Assembly: GCA_043228905.1 (NCBI GenBank)
Contig: JBHGNT010000003.1
Span: 9,672,001-9,736,000 of the forward strand
DNA: 64,000 bases
From: Azolla caroliniana
Taxonomy: Eukaryota > Plantae > Polypodiophyta
Direction: 5' to 3'
The notes beneath the pieces were generated by a model, which searched no databases, was not told the origin of the DNA, and worked only from the letters and a program-made list of their open reading frames with translations. Each line of letters begins with the position of its first letter. The first letter of the stretch is position 1. Positions 13,979-26,616 of the stretch are shown here, in pieces. A program made the translations under genes and the position numbers.

Positions 13979-14956
13979 ATTAGTGTTGAGATATCAAACT
14001 CAACTAAGTTTAGTCATTTAGTCAACCATGTACCTTAGTAGTTACATAAGTAGAATCTAGTTAGAATGTTGACTATAAAGTTGAAGAAATTACCGTACGG
14101 AGGCTACACATAGACCACAACCGCCTCAATCGGATAGCAACAGAAAATAGAAATGCAGGTTTAATGGAAATCTTGAGAACAATACGTGAGAGAGAGACAA
14201 AGAGAGAGCCAGACAATAGAACTTAGATTCAAAACAATACTCTATTCTGTACATCGAATGTGCTCTGAGAGCACTTTCATACAAGTCCTTAAAAGGATTG
14301 ACACAAGTACCACCAGTACTTGAATGCTGATAAAGAGCTCTCCTACACTGACTCCCAAATATATTCCTTCGCGGAATATCTTTCCAACAACCTTCAGGCT
14401 CCCACTGATCCGGCCTCGCCAATCGGTCTACGTCGGATCCGGCTCCTGGCTTGTTTAGCACTAAACACTCCTCCTCAAGCTCAACATGAGGCTCCATCTG
14501 CTCTGCCGGCTCAACCTTCTAGCTCCTCCTGGCGTCTTCACGCCTTGCCTGCGCTCCTCGTCCGGTTTGGTGTCGTCTTATTCTTCACACAATATGAAAA
14601 ATAATGAAATAATTATTTTAGATTTGTTTAATGGCTTGGTATGAAAAGATGGACATGTTCAAGAGCTTCCAAACACATTTTACTACATATGAAATAGACA
14701 ACTATGTATCAAGTTATGTGAGTATGAAGCTTGAGAAGATGGGGAAACAAAACTGTAAGATATCCTACATAGACAGGACAACATCGGATCTAGCCGTATA
14801 TAAGCAGACCTAGAACCCATTTCTTCATATATGTGTGTTTGGGGCACAAAATGGTCGTGGTGATTTGAGCCAAACTATCTAGACAAATGGATGTGGTCGG
14901 ACTACCTAGACGGACGGATGTGGATGAATTGCTTGAAATGATTTTGGAACGGTACG

Positions 14957-15472
14957 TAACAATCGGCAATGGTTCAGTTCGGTTCGAGAGGATCCAAACC
15001 AAACCGGTTTAGAACTGAACCGTTTAAATTTTTTGAAACCTGAACCGAACCGAACCGAACTGCGAAAGCGTTAAACCCAACCGTTAAACCATTAAACCAG
15101 AAAAACTGCGGTTTCGTGGTTCGGTTTCGATTTTCAACATAGGTCAAATTTTTTATTTTTTAAAATTTATAATATTTCATTATTTAGAATTTTTAGAATT
15201 TTTTAGATGATCCTAAAATGTGAGAATAAGGTGTAAAAATGAAAAGATTGTTTAAAAACAAATTTTAAAATTTTTTTATAAAAATTTTAAAAAATAAAAA
15301 ATAAAAACCGTTAAACCGTTTAAACTACGGTTCTTTACTATTGAAACCAAACCGAACCGTTTAAAAAAACCTAAACTTGAACTGAACTGAACCGAACCGT
15401 TGAAACTATTAAGCCGTTAAACCACGATTTCGCGGTTCGGTTCGGTTCAAACCGAACTGTTGCCGATTGTTA
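14957..15472. mobile_element. hAT-type MITE, TAACAATCGGCAA family copy 3
   Basis: TIRs as in copies 1-2; degenerate TSD ACGGTACG / ACAATACG. Confidence 0.88.
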
Positions 15473-15957
15473 ACAATACGGAACGTTCGGAACGGGACGC
15501 ACGGAACGGTCGGACACGCGGATCGGTGGGGATGGTCGAGACGTGCAAATCGGCCAAACTGTTCGGAATAGTCAGGCGATTTGTAGAACACGGGCCGTAA
15601 CTGGACATGGAGGCCATGCAACTAAAGTAAACGTTATGTGGGACGACCATACCGATCATGCACGGGCCGAATTGTACGGATGATAGGATCATGCGGCCGA
15701 ATTGTAAGGACAGTCATGTGTGGGACAAGTAAAGGTCATGTGGATGCATGCAACTCAACTGGAGAGACAAACTAGAGTTCCTTCATGCAAGTGCGAGTGG
15801 TAACATGCAATTGAAGTGGGAAAAAAGAAAGGCCCAAAATCTGAAGGGAGAGAGCAATTTTTTTTCTCATAGAGGGGAAGGAAAAATCTATCACGGAAAA
15901 CCCTAACCCTAACTTTTCTTATTGAAGGGTTATCACTCAAAAACCCTAATTTTTCTT

Positions 15958-17848
15958 ATGGAAGCCATATCTCTCGAAATATTGGACCTACATCAATGAC
16001 GCACTTGAAAACAAACCAGACATCACAAATGCCAACTACCGAACGTGGGAGCAAGGAGCAAGTCGGGTAATGTAGTGCTTGGCAACATGTGTCCATGACC
16101 ACATGCTTAGCCACATTCGAGACACCAAGATGCCTAAAGAAGCATGAGAGAACTCAAAGAAAATTTTTGCTGCCAACACGACCGCCCGCAAGCTTCAATT
16201 CCAACAAGAGTTGAACAATATTTGACAAAAGGACATGTTTGAGTAGGACTACACAGTCAAGATCAAGAGCATTTGTGATTCGCTTGGCTCCATCGACATA
16301 AACATCGACGAAGACGAGATGGTTCAAGTATGCCTGGGAGGGCTCGCACAACGATTTGACCCAATAAGGATGACAATTTTGGCAAGAGAAAAACTGCCTT
16401 CATTCTTTGATCTCCAATCTATGTTATTGGTCAAAGAGAATCATGTTGAACAAAGAGCAAGATTTCAGAAGGACATATGTTCTTCTCGAGTTCGGAAGGC
16501 ATCGAGGACGTAGTCGAGGTAGAAGAGTTCATTTCAGCAAAGGCAAAGGATGGTGAGTTGGCTGGAATCACGAAAGTAACTCAAACCTTTGGTAAGCAAA
16601 TGGAAACACTCAAGGAACCTTCTAGAGAAGGGGGAGCCTCCATGCCGAACAAGGTCGGAAAATCAGGCTCATTACTTGCAACTGTTGTAGTAAGATCGGC
16701 CACCGCGAAGAGGAGTGCTGAAAGAAAATAATCGAGTTGGCTTCCACAAATCGGCAAGTCACCAATTACCCCACTAAATCCAAATTCAAAGACTACGGAG
16801 GCATGTTCATCATGAGGAACAAAGTAAACACCATGTCGGCATTCGGTTCGGCCAAAACTCCTACATCATAAGAAGTACGGTTCATCAACTCCGGCGCCTG
16901 AAATCACATGACTTCCCACGAGGAGTGGTTCAACGACTTGCATACTCTCGATCGACTCGTCTATGTGGAAACAGGAAATGACACCACACATCCCATTCGG
17001 CACATCGTCAATGTTCCTACAATAACAAAGAATTTTCATCAAGAATGTCTTGCACATTCCTACAATAACGAAGATTTTGGTATCAAACGGCCAAATCGTG
17101 GAGCAAGGCATGCAAGTACATTTCAACAATAGAGATTGCTTTATAGAAAAGAATAGCGGACTCATAGCTAGAGGACGGAGAGAAGGCTGAATGTTTATTC
17201 TTGATTCGGACAAGGTAAAATTGGTCATGTATGCCAAAGGTCTCAAGGTTGAAATGATTATCGAGTTGTGGCACAAGAGAATTGGTCATATCAACCTCCA
17301 ACGGCTTCAATCTATGCAATCGAAAGGAGTCATCATCAGACTTCCGGCCTTTGAGTTGAAACAAGTCAACCAAGTGTGTGAAGCATGTCAACTTGGCAAA
17401 CAACATCGCCTCCCATTGCCAAAGGAGAGACACATAAGCAACAACATCCTTGACATAGTCCACTCGGATGTATGGGGACCGGCTCAAATGCCAACGATCG
17501 GCGGATGCCGATATTACATCACTTTCATCGAAGATTATTCTTGGTATAGTTGGATCTTCCCAATGAAGAAAAAGAGTGAAGTGCTCTCCCACTTCCAAGA
17601 GGCCAAGAACCAAGTCCGAAAGGAAACATGCCAAAATATTCGTTACCTATGATCAGATGGAGGGCAGGAGAATTTCTTTGACGAATTCATCTCCTATCTC
17701 CAAGGTGAAGGCATATGGAGAGAATTGTCATGCCGATACACACCCCAACAAAATGGTGTAGCTGAAAAAAAGAATCGGCACATACTCAAGGTAGCACGCA
17801 CCATGATAAACGAGAAGCACATGCCGAAATACAATTGGGCCGAAGCAG
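15958..17848 (+). pseudogene. Copia A gag-protease-integrase N-part (stops and frameshifts)
   Basis: MVQVCLGGL..REKLPSFFDLQSMLL gag; LWHKRIGH..CEACQLGK, VHSDVWGP, TPQQNGVAEKKNR integrase; interrupted at WAEA. Confidence 0.88.
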
Positions 17849-18657
17849 TGTCGTGGAAATCTGCGACTTGTGGTGTCGTGCCTTTCGGCACCAGATCATT
17901 GCGTGAGTTGGGAGGGAACCACCGAGGTTTTGGACTAGGAGAAGGAAGAATTTGAGACAGATCTAGTTATGAATAGATTATAAAAGAGAGATATGAAACT
18001 TGTGAATCCCATGAATATAATGCATTTTATCAATCAATATTTAGAGAAGAATATGAATTTAGAAGAGAATGAAAAACAAAGAATGAAGTGCGCTGTCGTG
18101 AAGAAAACCGTCCACAAGCGGAATCGGCGCACCGGAGCATAGGAGCCGGCTCTCCATACACGTACGCCTTATGTTGTACATAGAAGATCCTAGGTAGGTA
18201 GATTCGGTAGGTAGGAAGTTAATGGGAAACGGCTCCTTCCTTGCATATAAAAGGAGGGAGATGAGGAGGGGAGGGGGATCGCGGAAAACAGAGAGGACGA
18301 AGTGCTGTCGGGTTGTCGGTCGAAGGCTTCTCTCTCTTCCATACTCTCCGTAGCTTCTTCCTGTGCAGGTTTCGGGAGGCTCGCGCTGCTCTGAGGAATG
18401 CCCGAGTGCTTCCGGCAGCACCTCCAACCTACTCCTTTCCTTCTGAGCGTTTGCGAACAGGCATCGGCATCTGTTCGCCGGCCTGTTCGGTTGTAACCGA
18501 CTTCGTGCTTCTTGTTGTTTGTCTTTGTTAATATATACTTACATACCTTTGTGCCTCTCTGTGTTGGTTTCCCCCGCTCGCGTCTTCGTGTCGAAGGGCC
18601 GTGCCCCTGTGGATCTACGCTCGCACGTAGTGGGTCCCTTCCCTTCTCCTTTCCCTA

Positions 18658-20121
18658 TTGCTCTTTGGTACAAGACCCCCGAGGTCCCGCCTCATTCCAC
18701 GCATCCGCGAGGAATACCCCGATATCGTAGTGACGAATGTTGAACAGGCCGCAGATGGAGCAAACAACATTGCCACCGCGAGAGGATCGAACAACACGAA
18801 CAACAGGTCGACTACAGAACAACTGCATACACCATTCTCGGTTGGCATGTACACACGAGCAGGGGAGTCCAATGCACCCCCCCAAAAGTTGCCTCATCTA
18901 AGTGATAAGTCAGTCGACCTTCTGTTGTCAGAGGAGGATAAATACACCGTACTGGGAGAAGTTCATAGGCTGGAGACGATCTCCTTGGTAGTGCAAGTCT
19001 AGGGTTCGCGGCCAAATAGATCGGAACTCCGACATATCTTATATGCTACTTTTTGAGAGGAAATGACTAACATCCTCGACATTTAATTTTTGTCTAGAGG
19101 ATGTTATCATGTGGAATTTGCATATGAGGATTCGATTAGCAAACTAATAGCAATTAAGGAGGCAGGCATGTAAGGTGCGTGTATTTCTTTTCATAAATGG
19201 TCACATAATGTTAAGGTAGACGAGATTTTGCAGGATCAGAATTCTAGTATGATTTTTACGGCGATATTCCCTGGTTTGAGGAAAGAGTGGAGGAATGGTC
19301 TTCCTCGCATTGGGGCTTTGTTAGGAAAAGTCATTGCTACGCGTGATGGACAAGCTTCTAGGTCAGATAGAGTGGGCGGAGTTCCAATTGTTAGGGTGAT
19401 CGCCCCAAGAAGTGTTCGTTTGCCAACAACGATTTCTTTACCTAATTTGCTTACCAATAAACCTCCGGTTATGCAAAATGTGTATTATCAAGGTTTGCCT
19501 AACCAATGTTTTGTGTGTCATCAGTTTGGTCATTTAGGTCGAGAGTGTCAGAAGCGACGCCCAAATGTTGAATCCCATCCACCTCCTCAATCAGCTGCTA
19601 ATAATGATGGTTGGTCTTCAGTTTCTATAAAACATGTTTTCAAGCCGACGAATACATTGGTTAACCGATTGTTATTACTCAAAGCTAACCCTTATCATTC
19701 GATGTAGGAAGTGGAAAAGGATGTTAATAGTAAGAAAGTGGATGCTACAAAGGAACAACGGGTGGAACATAATTCGCAAGACATCCTTTTATAGGTACAA
19801 GATTCAGAACATGTTACAAAGGTTAATAAGCAATATAATAAGGGTAAACAAATTGTTTTCGGTCAAGTACAATAGATTGATATGTCCTTAGTTGTGAATG
19901 ATGTTAAACAAAATGAAGGGATCAAGGTAGATCTTGTAAATGTTGACATGGATAGTGAGAATATAGGTCATTTAACTTCTGTTGCTAGGTCTTCAGATAG
20001 GGTAGATAAGCACATGCCAATGCGTTCACATAAGGTGATTGGGAAAGACCTTTGGGCTAATAAGAGACAATTACGAGCCTCAGAGGATGGAAGGAAGGGT
20101 AGAGATGTCGCACTTGCTTAA
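18658..20121 (+). pseudogene. LINE ORF1 (DUF4283/RRM-like plus CCHC knuckle), several stops
   Basis: YQGLPNQCFVCHQFGHLGREC zinc knuckle; start codon uncertain. Confidence 0.78.
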
Positions 20122-20384
20122 AGGAGAATAGGGGGGAAAACTATGATTGATGGATAGGTTAAATATTATTTCATGGAATGTATGGGGCTTAGGAGGCAAA
20201 AATTGTCGTAAAGTAAGGAGTGTTTTCCGTCAATAGTTGAGAAAGTCTTTGGTAGGTAGTATTGATATTCTTCTTATTCAAGAGCATCATTTAAATGAGC
20301 AAAGGATTCAAAAATATGGAAATATGATGCTAGGCAAGTGGAGACAGTTCTAGGTGCCTACAGTTGGTGATAATTGTTTGAAAG

Positions 20385-22465
20385 AGTTACAGGCATGACC
20401 ATATAATATCCCATGGTGAGAATTTACCTTAGTATTCTATACACGTGGATAAGTGTGAGGTTTGTGTTCCCAAAATGGGAACATTATCTCCCAATTTTGG
20501 AGTTCGCTTATAACAGCTCCAAGCATACGTCGATGGGATATATAGTCCTTTTATGTTGATGTATGGTTTTCAGCCACGAGCCCCGATTGATGTTAATATA
20601 CATCATGATGAGTTGCGAAGTACACAAAACTTTCTTCGGGATATGCAAGATATGTTGCATATTGCACAAGATAATATAGGTTTGTGTTCCAGATTTACCC
20701 GAGGTCAAAAACAGGATTCTTTTTGAATGCCATGATGCACCCTCAGCAGGGCACCCTAGAATACATCGTACACTCGTTCTCATCTCCACTCAATTTTATT
20801 GGCCTAAGATGCATCCTGACATACATAGCTATGTGACTAAATGTCACCAGTGTCAGGTTAACAAAGCCGAGCAACTTAAAGCCGCAGGACTTTTACATCC
20901 CTTGGACATTCCCAATAATAAGTGGGAAAGTATATCCATGGATTTTATTGTTAGCCTTCCTCGCACCCAAAAAGGTCATGATGCCATCTGGGTTGTCGTT
21001 GATCGACTAACTAAAATGGCCAGATTTATTGCTACTAAAACCACGGTAACAGCTCCTGAATTGGCTTACCAATTCGTGGACGAATTGTTTCGTTTTTATG
21101 GGTTACCGATGGATATCGTGAGTGATCGAGATCCAAAGTTTACTAGTGACTTCTGGACACAAGTCTTTAAGAAGTTAGAAACTACGTTGAGCATGAGCTC
21201 CACGGATCATCCTCAATCCGATGGACAGACAGAACGAGTAAATCAAATTATTGAGGACATGCTTCAAGCATACATTGGTGCAAAACCAACAAAATGGGAA
21301 CGTTATCTCCCAATTTTGGAGTTTGCTTATAACAGCTCCAAGCATACGTCGACGGGATATAGTCCTTTTATGTTGATGTATGGTTTTCAGCCACGAGCTC
21401 CGATTGATGTTAATATACATCATGATGAGTTGCGAAGTACGCAAAACTTTCTTCGGGATATGCAAGATATGTTGCATATTGCACGAGATAATATAAAAAC
21501 AGCTCAAGATAGAGCGCATTTTTATGCCGATCATCATAGGTAACCTCGTGTATTCAACCCTGGACAGAAGGTATTTTTACGTGTACCTCACAATTCTAAG
21601 ACATTGTCTACAGGTAAGTGCGTTAAGTTAGCCCCATGGTTTTGTGGACCTTTTACAATCCTCAAACGCATTGGGTCATTAGCCTATCGTCTCGCTCTTC
21701 CCAACAGTGTTGGAATTCATCCAATCTTTCATGTGAGTCGTCTAAAAGAACTTCTAGGTTCTGGCGACAATACAGTTACAACTGAAACTCTGGTTACTTC
21801 TGAAGAATTATCTTCTAAACCACATGTACTAGAAAGAATTCTCGATGTTAAAACAAAAAAATTACGTACTAAAGAAATCCGAGAATTTAAAATAAAATGG
21901 ATGGATAAATCAATAAAAGATGCCACATGGGAACGTGAAAATACTCTCAAAATTAACTTCCCTAACTTTCCATTGCAAGAGTGCAATGTTTTAGAGAGGG
22001 GGGGCAGTATGTTACGGTCATGACCATATAATATCCCATGGTGAGAATTTACCGTAGTATTCTATACACGTGGATAAGTGTGAGGGTTAAACGAGAGTGT
22101 AAAGAAGGGGAGGATTACTTTTAAATCCTCGGGATTGAGACAACACATTAGGCCAAGTGTGAACATGGCTGGGGGCCTTGGTTATCGCTATAAATAGAGG
22201 CCTAGCTACCCTCATTTTAGGAGGTTGTTGACTACGTTGAGACTTTGTCTTGTGGTGGGTCAACTCTTGTAGCGAGCGTGCCAGCACTAGGTACGACTCA
22301 ACGCCACGGCGATGGTATGGGACGCCGATCGAGGCTCGAGTCCATCTCGATCCCTTCGCTCGGGGGTGGTCAGGTGGATCGGCACCCTTCTTTCTCTCTC
22401 TCCATTCTTTCTATCTACCTAGATCTATCCTTATCTAATGCTTACTTTAGTACATGTCTCTAATA
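20385..22465 (+). mobile_element. Internally deleted chromovirus (same family as 37442-44461): integrase, chromodomain and 3' LTR ~22009-22465
   Basis: TSD GAAAG 20380-84 / 22466-70; 76 bp of 5' LTR left; ORFs 20809-21543 and 21604-22023 nearly identical to 42809-44020. Confidence 0.92.
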
Positions 22466-23302
22466 GAAAGCGGGACTTTGCATTGCATTAAATGATACTT
22501 GGTTGGGTTCCTTCTTGCATTATGGAGTCTTGACATGTGGTTGAGGTCAATATGTAATTTTTCAAATAGGATTGAAAAAGTGGGGTCTCATGAATATTTA
22601 TGCATCGAACCATGCAAGAGATTGAGAGATATTATAGAAAAACATACTTTCACAAGTACCTAGTGTGGACCATTGGGCGACTTCTAGGATTTCTTGTTTA
22701 AAATGTCAGGATGGCTCTTATACCACTTATCCTAGTCAGCGTCAAATAGCCTCGAGTTATTATGAAAATTTGTTGAAGGCTAGATCCTTTTCTAGAGATG
22801 ATTTGTTTAAACGGGATATTGTATGGTCAAGGATTCAAAGCCTCAAGAGACTCTGAAAGCGACAAAGACCTTAGCAAAGGATGTTTGTCCTGGATTGGAT
22901 GGGTTGGGGGTTCAATGGTATATAAAGTATTGGGATCTGATGTCAGGAGTAGTACTAAGACAGAGAAGTACTGTCAGGAACCGTACTAAAACAAAGAAGG
23001 AATTAGTACTAAAAGATGAGGATTGGTACTAAGGGAGGTGTAGAACTCTCGAGAGGAGAGAGAGAGAGAGAGCGAGAGAATGAGGATAACAAAAGATATA
23101 TTTTATGTTAAGGGAATATACTATAGTAGTTAGGAGGCTTAAGACTGGTGTTGAACCGATTTGGTTCGAAATAATGCCTTGTGCATCCTTTTATAGTGTT
23201 CTCAAGAGTACTCCTGAAGTTTCTAGAATATTCCAGAGAAATCTGGAATAGACATCAATTTTCTATAGTAAAACCTAAATGAAAATAATATTCTTAGTAT
23301 TA

Positions 23303-23379
23303 CAACATATGGTCTAATGGTCAAGAGTTCGACCCATGTAACATAAGGTCATGGGTTCGAGACTTGCCATATCATGACA
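23303..23379 (+). promoter_or_regulatory. tRNA-like Pol III A-box/B-box module at the U3 end of the LTR (also 27082-27158, 36295-36371)
   Basis: A box TGGTCTAATGG 23310-20, AGGTC variable-loop-like motif, B box GGTTCGAGAC 23354-63, tRNA-like spacing. Confidence 0.6.
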
Positions 23380-23399
23380 CTATCCCCCCTTTAAAACGA

Positions 23400-26300
23400 C
23401 GAGTGTCACGAGTCGTTTTGGATTGAGGACCCGGTTTGTCTGGATATTGACGATGGAAGTCTTCAAGAAGAGCACGAGAATTGGTCACATTCTCTATTGG
23501 TTCCCAAGTACGCTCGTTGGGACTATATCCTAGCCAATCGACTAAATAGTAGAGCTTGTTGGGAACAATCTTGGAATCGAGGATGGCGGCAACCTCATAC
23601 TCAGGTCCATCTTCAAGCTCGATCGGGGGTGGAGGTTGTTTAATACAACTTGGGATGGTGATGTCTTAATAGGGTTCGACGAGAGAACTATAAAACACCG
23701 GATGTATCCGAAGTTGTGGAGGTAGATCAAGACGAAAAGCGACATCATTAATTTTTCCAATAATATGGAAAGGACCTAATCACTGATAATCTAGCTTCTC
23801 GCATGGATGAGTAGTCTCGATGTGTCGTCGTAGTAGCCACACCCGATCTCCAATGTCACAGCTGGATGGAAGCCGATGACGATCCGCATAAACCTTGTAT
23901 GTTTGTAGAGCTTGTTGTAGATGAGTAGATAAATCCGTTTGTATCTTGTGTAGCCGCTCCAAACGATCCTCTGCACGAGGATTTGTGGGTAACTCTGGGG
24001 TTTCAAATACACACCACCGGTGGTAATAGCCTGTGTAAGCATAAAATGGTGTCACCTTTGTCGATGAGTGGACAGAGTTATTATATGAAAATTCGGCGAA
24101 GTGGAGAATATACGCCCAGTCATCTTGATGATAGCTTAAAAAGCACCGAAGATACTGCTCCACCGAACAAAATCTTCGACAAATTGTCGCATATGGGGCC
24201 ACCAGAAGGATCGTTGTACTAAATCTAGTGTTTTAGTACTACCAAAATGCCCAATTGTATATGTGTCATGATAGTTTTGGCGACAAGTACCATTAGGAAC
24301 ATACAAGTGTTTCTTAAAGAATAGTAATCCATCATGACATTCGAATTGTCGATAGTCCGTATCTGGTTGTTGCGAATGTGAACAAGATGCTCGAGAGGGA
24401 TCAATTTGTGCTAGAATTGCTTGAGCGAAAACATTTTTCTTCAAGTCCTCACGTATGCTATCGATAACGTGGGAATCCAAGGGCATACCGAAGACCTGCA
24501 TTGCTTGCAATCGTGCCGGTCCCAAGATTACTTGCTTTTGGTTATCGAAAGTTGGCTCGCCGGGACACGGTGCTAGATACGAACGTCGTGATAATGCATT
24601 TGCCTTCCCTTGTTGCTTTCCCGAACAATATGTAATTTTGAGGTTAAAACGAGTGAGGAATTGGGCCCATCGAGCTTGATGTCGATTTAACACACGAGCA
24701 TTTTGAAAGTAGGCAAGGTTTTTGTGATCACTGAATACGATGACTTGATGAGAAGACCCCTCTAGAAAATGCCTCGATTGCGTAAAAGAGTCCACTATTG
24801 CTAATAGCTCCTTATCATGAATTTCATAGTTGATTTCCGTGGCATCAAACTTGCGTGAATGGAAAGCCATAGGATGTAGCTTTTCATCATCGCATTGTTG
24901 AGACAGAATATTACCCAAGGCGAAATCCAACGCGTCTGCTTCAATGATGAATGGTTTTTCTGGATCGACATGAGCTAAAATAGGAGTTAATGTAAATGTC
25001 GTCTTAAGACTCTCAAAATCAATGTCCGCTTCTTCAGACCAAACGAATAATTTTCCCTTCCTGGTAAGTTGTGTGAGAGGCAGAACAAGCTTCGAGTAAT
25101 CCTGTATGAACTTGCGGTAAAAATTGGCAAAGCTTAAAAAGCATTGCACATCTCACAACGAACGCGGAGTTTGCCACTCTACCACCGTTTTGACCTTAGC
25201 TGGATCCATGGAGATGCCTTCCGAGGAAATCACATAGCCCAAAAATTCTACCTAGTTGCACCCGAAACTACATTTTTCCAGTTTTGCATAAAGACCATGT
25301 TCTCGAAGTCGTTTTAGTACTAACAATACATGAGAATCATGCTCTTCTTGGGTCTTCAAATAAACCAGTAGATCATCCAAATAGATGATCAAAAAATCAT
25401 CCAAGAGATCTCGGAATATATCATTTGCCATGTGTTGGAAGACTGTTGGCGCATTAGTGAGGCCAAATGGCATGATTGTATACTCAAAGTGCCCATATCT
25501 AGTGCAAAACACAATCTTCCATTTATCTCTTGGTCGGATCCGTACGAGGTTATATGCTCCTCGTAAGTCGATCTTTGTGAAGAACCTTGCACCATTGATC
25601 CGTTCTAAAAGACTTGAGATAAGAGGAAGTGCATACCTATTCCTGATGGTGACTTTATTCAACCCACGGTAATCTACAACGAGATGAAGTGATCCATCTT
25701 TTTTCTTGACAAAGAAAATGGGTGCACCATTTGGAGATTTCGAATGTCGAATGAAACCATTTGCCAAATTCTCCTCTATATAGGCTTGAAGGACTTCTAT
25801 CTCAGTTGGTGACAAATTGTAGATCGGTCCCCATGGTGGCTCTTTTCCCGGTTGTAAATCAATGGGGCAATCATACGGTCGATGGTGAGGAAGCGTATTA
25901 GCTCGTACTTTATCGAACACATCAACATAATGACGATACTTCTCTGGAAGTTGAACGATGGACTCCTCTTTATTGATACTAGAGGGGTTTATTGATATTG
26001 CGAAAAGAAACATTTCTTCCTTGTGTCCTTCCTCACGGAACTGATGTTGTTCTAACACCGAGGCTGGCCGCTCACCTTGGCGCAATCCTCAGATTTTGTT
26101 GATTGTTGTTCTAACACTGTCGGTATCTCCAAAACAAGCTTTAAACTCGGTAATAAACTCTTCGAAATTATTTAACAAGGGAGAGCTTTTTTCTAACAAG
26201 GAGGCAAACCATGCCAGCGTCGTGCCACTAAGTAGAGTGCCTACTAGTCCCACTCGTGATGCATCAATGGGATATCGACAAGGATGCATTTGAATGACTA

Positions 26301-26616
26301 ATCGTACCTGATTAAGGAATCCTCTGAACTGCGATCGTGTTCCATCGAATTTCATGGGAAGACCGATCTTGGGTTCTTTATGAATCCCTTGCATACTGGG
26401 TCCTTGTTGTTGCATCACTACTAAGGTTGCTTCGAGTTGTTGCACACGTACCACTAGTTCCCCATGTTGTTGTTGCGCCTGCTGCTTTTCTAAGGAGATT
26501 TGTTGAAGATCCCCCAACAACCGTTGATTTTCTTGTTCCAAAGCAAGGAACTTCTCTTTCAAGCATTGCAGCTCTGAGAAAACGGATTGATATTCTTGAG
26601 CGCTAACAATGGCCAT
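23400..26616 (-). pseudogene. gag-pol remnant of gypsy copy 1 (protease and integrase core deleted)
   Basis: ORFs 26089-26616, 25252-26085, 24136-25149, 23780-24202 align with the more complete copy 2. Confidence 0.9.

Noticed and set aside
23303-23379. Functional tRNA genes in the LTRs
   Set aside because: Acceptor and anticodon stems do not pair; only the promoter boxes are retained
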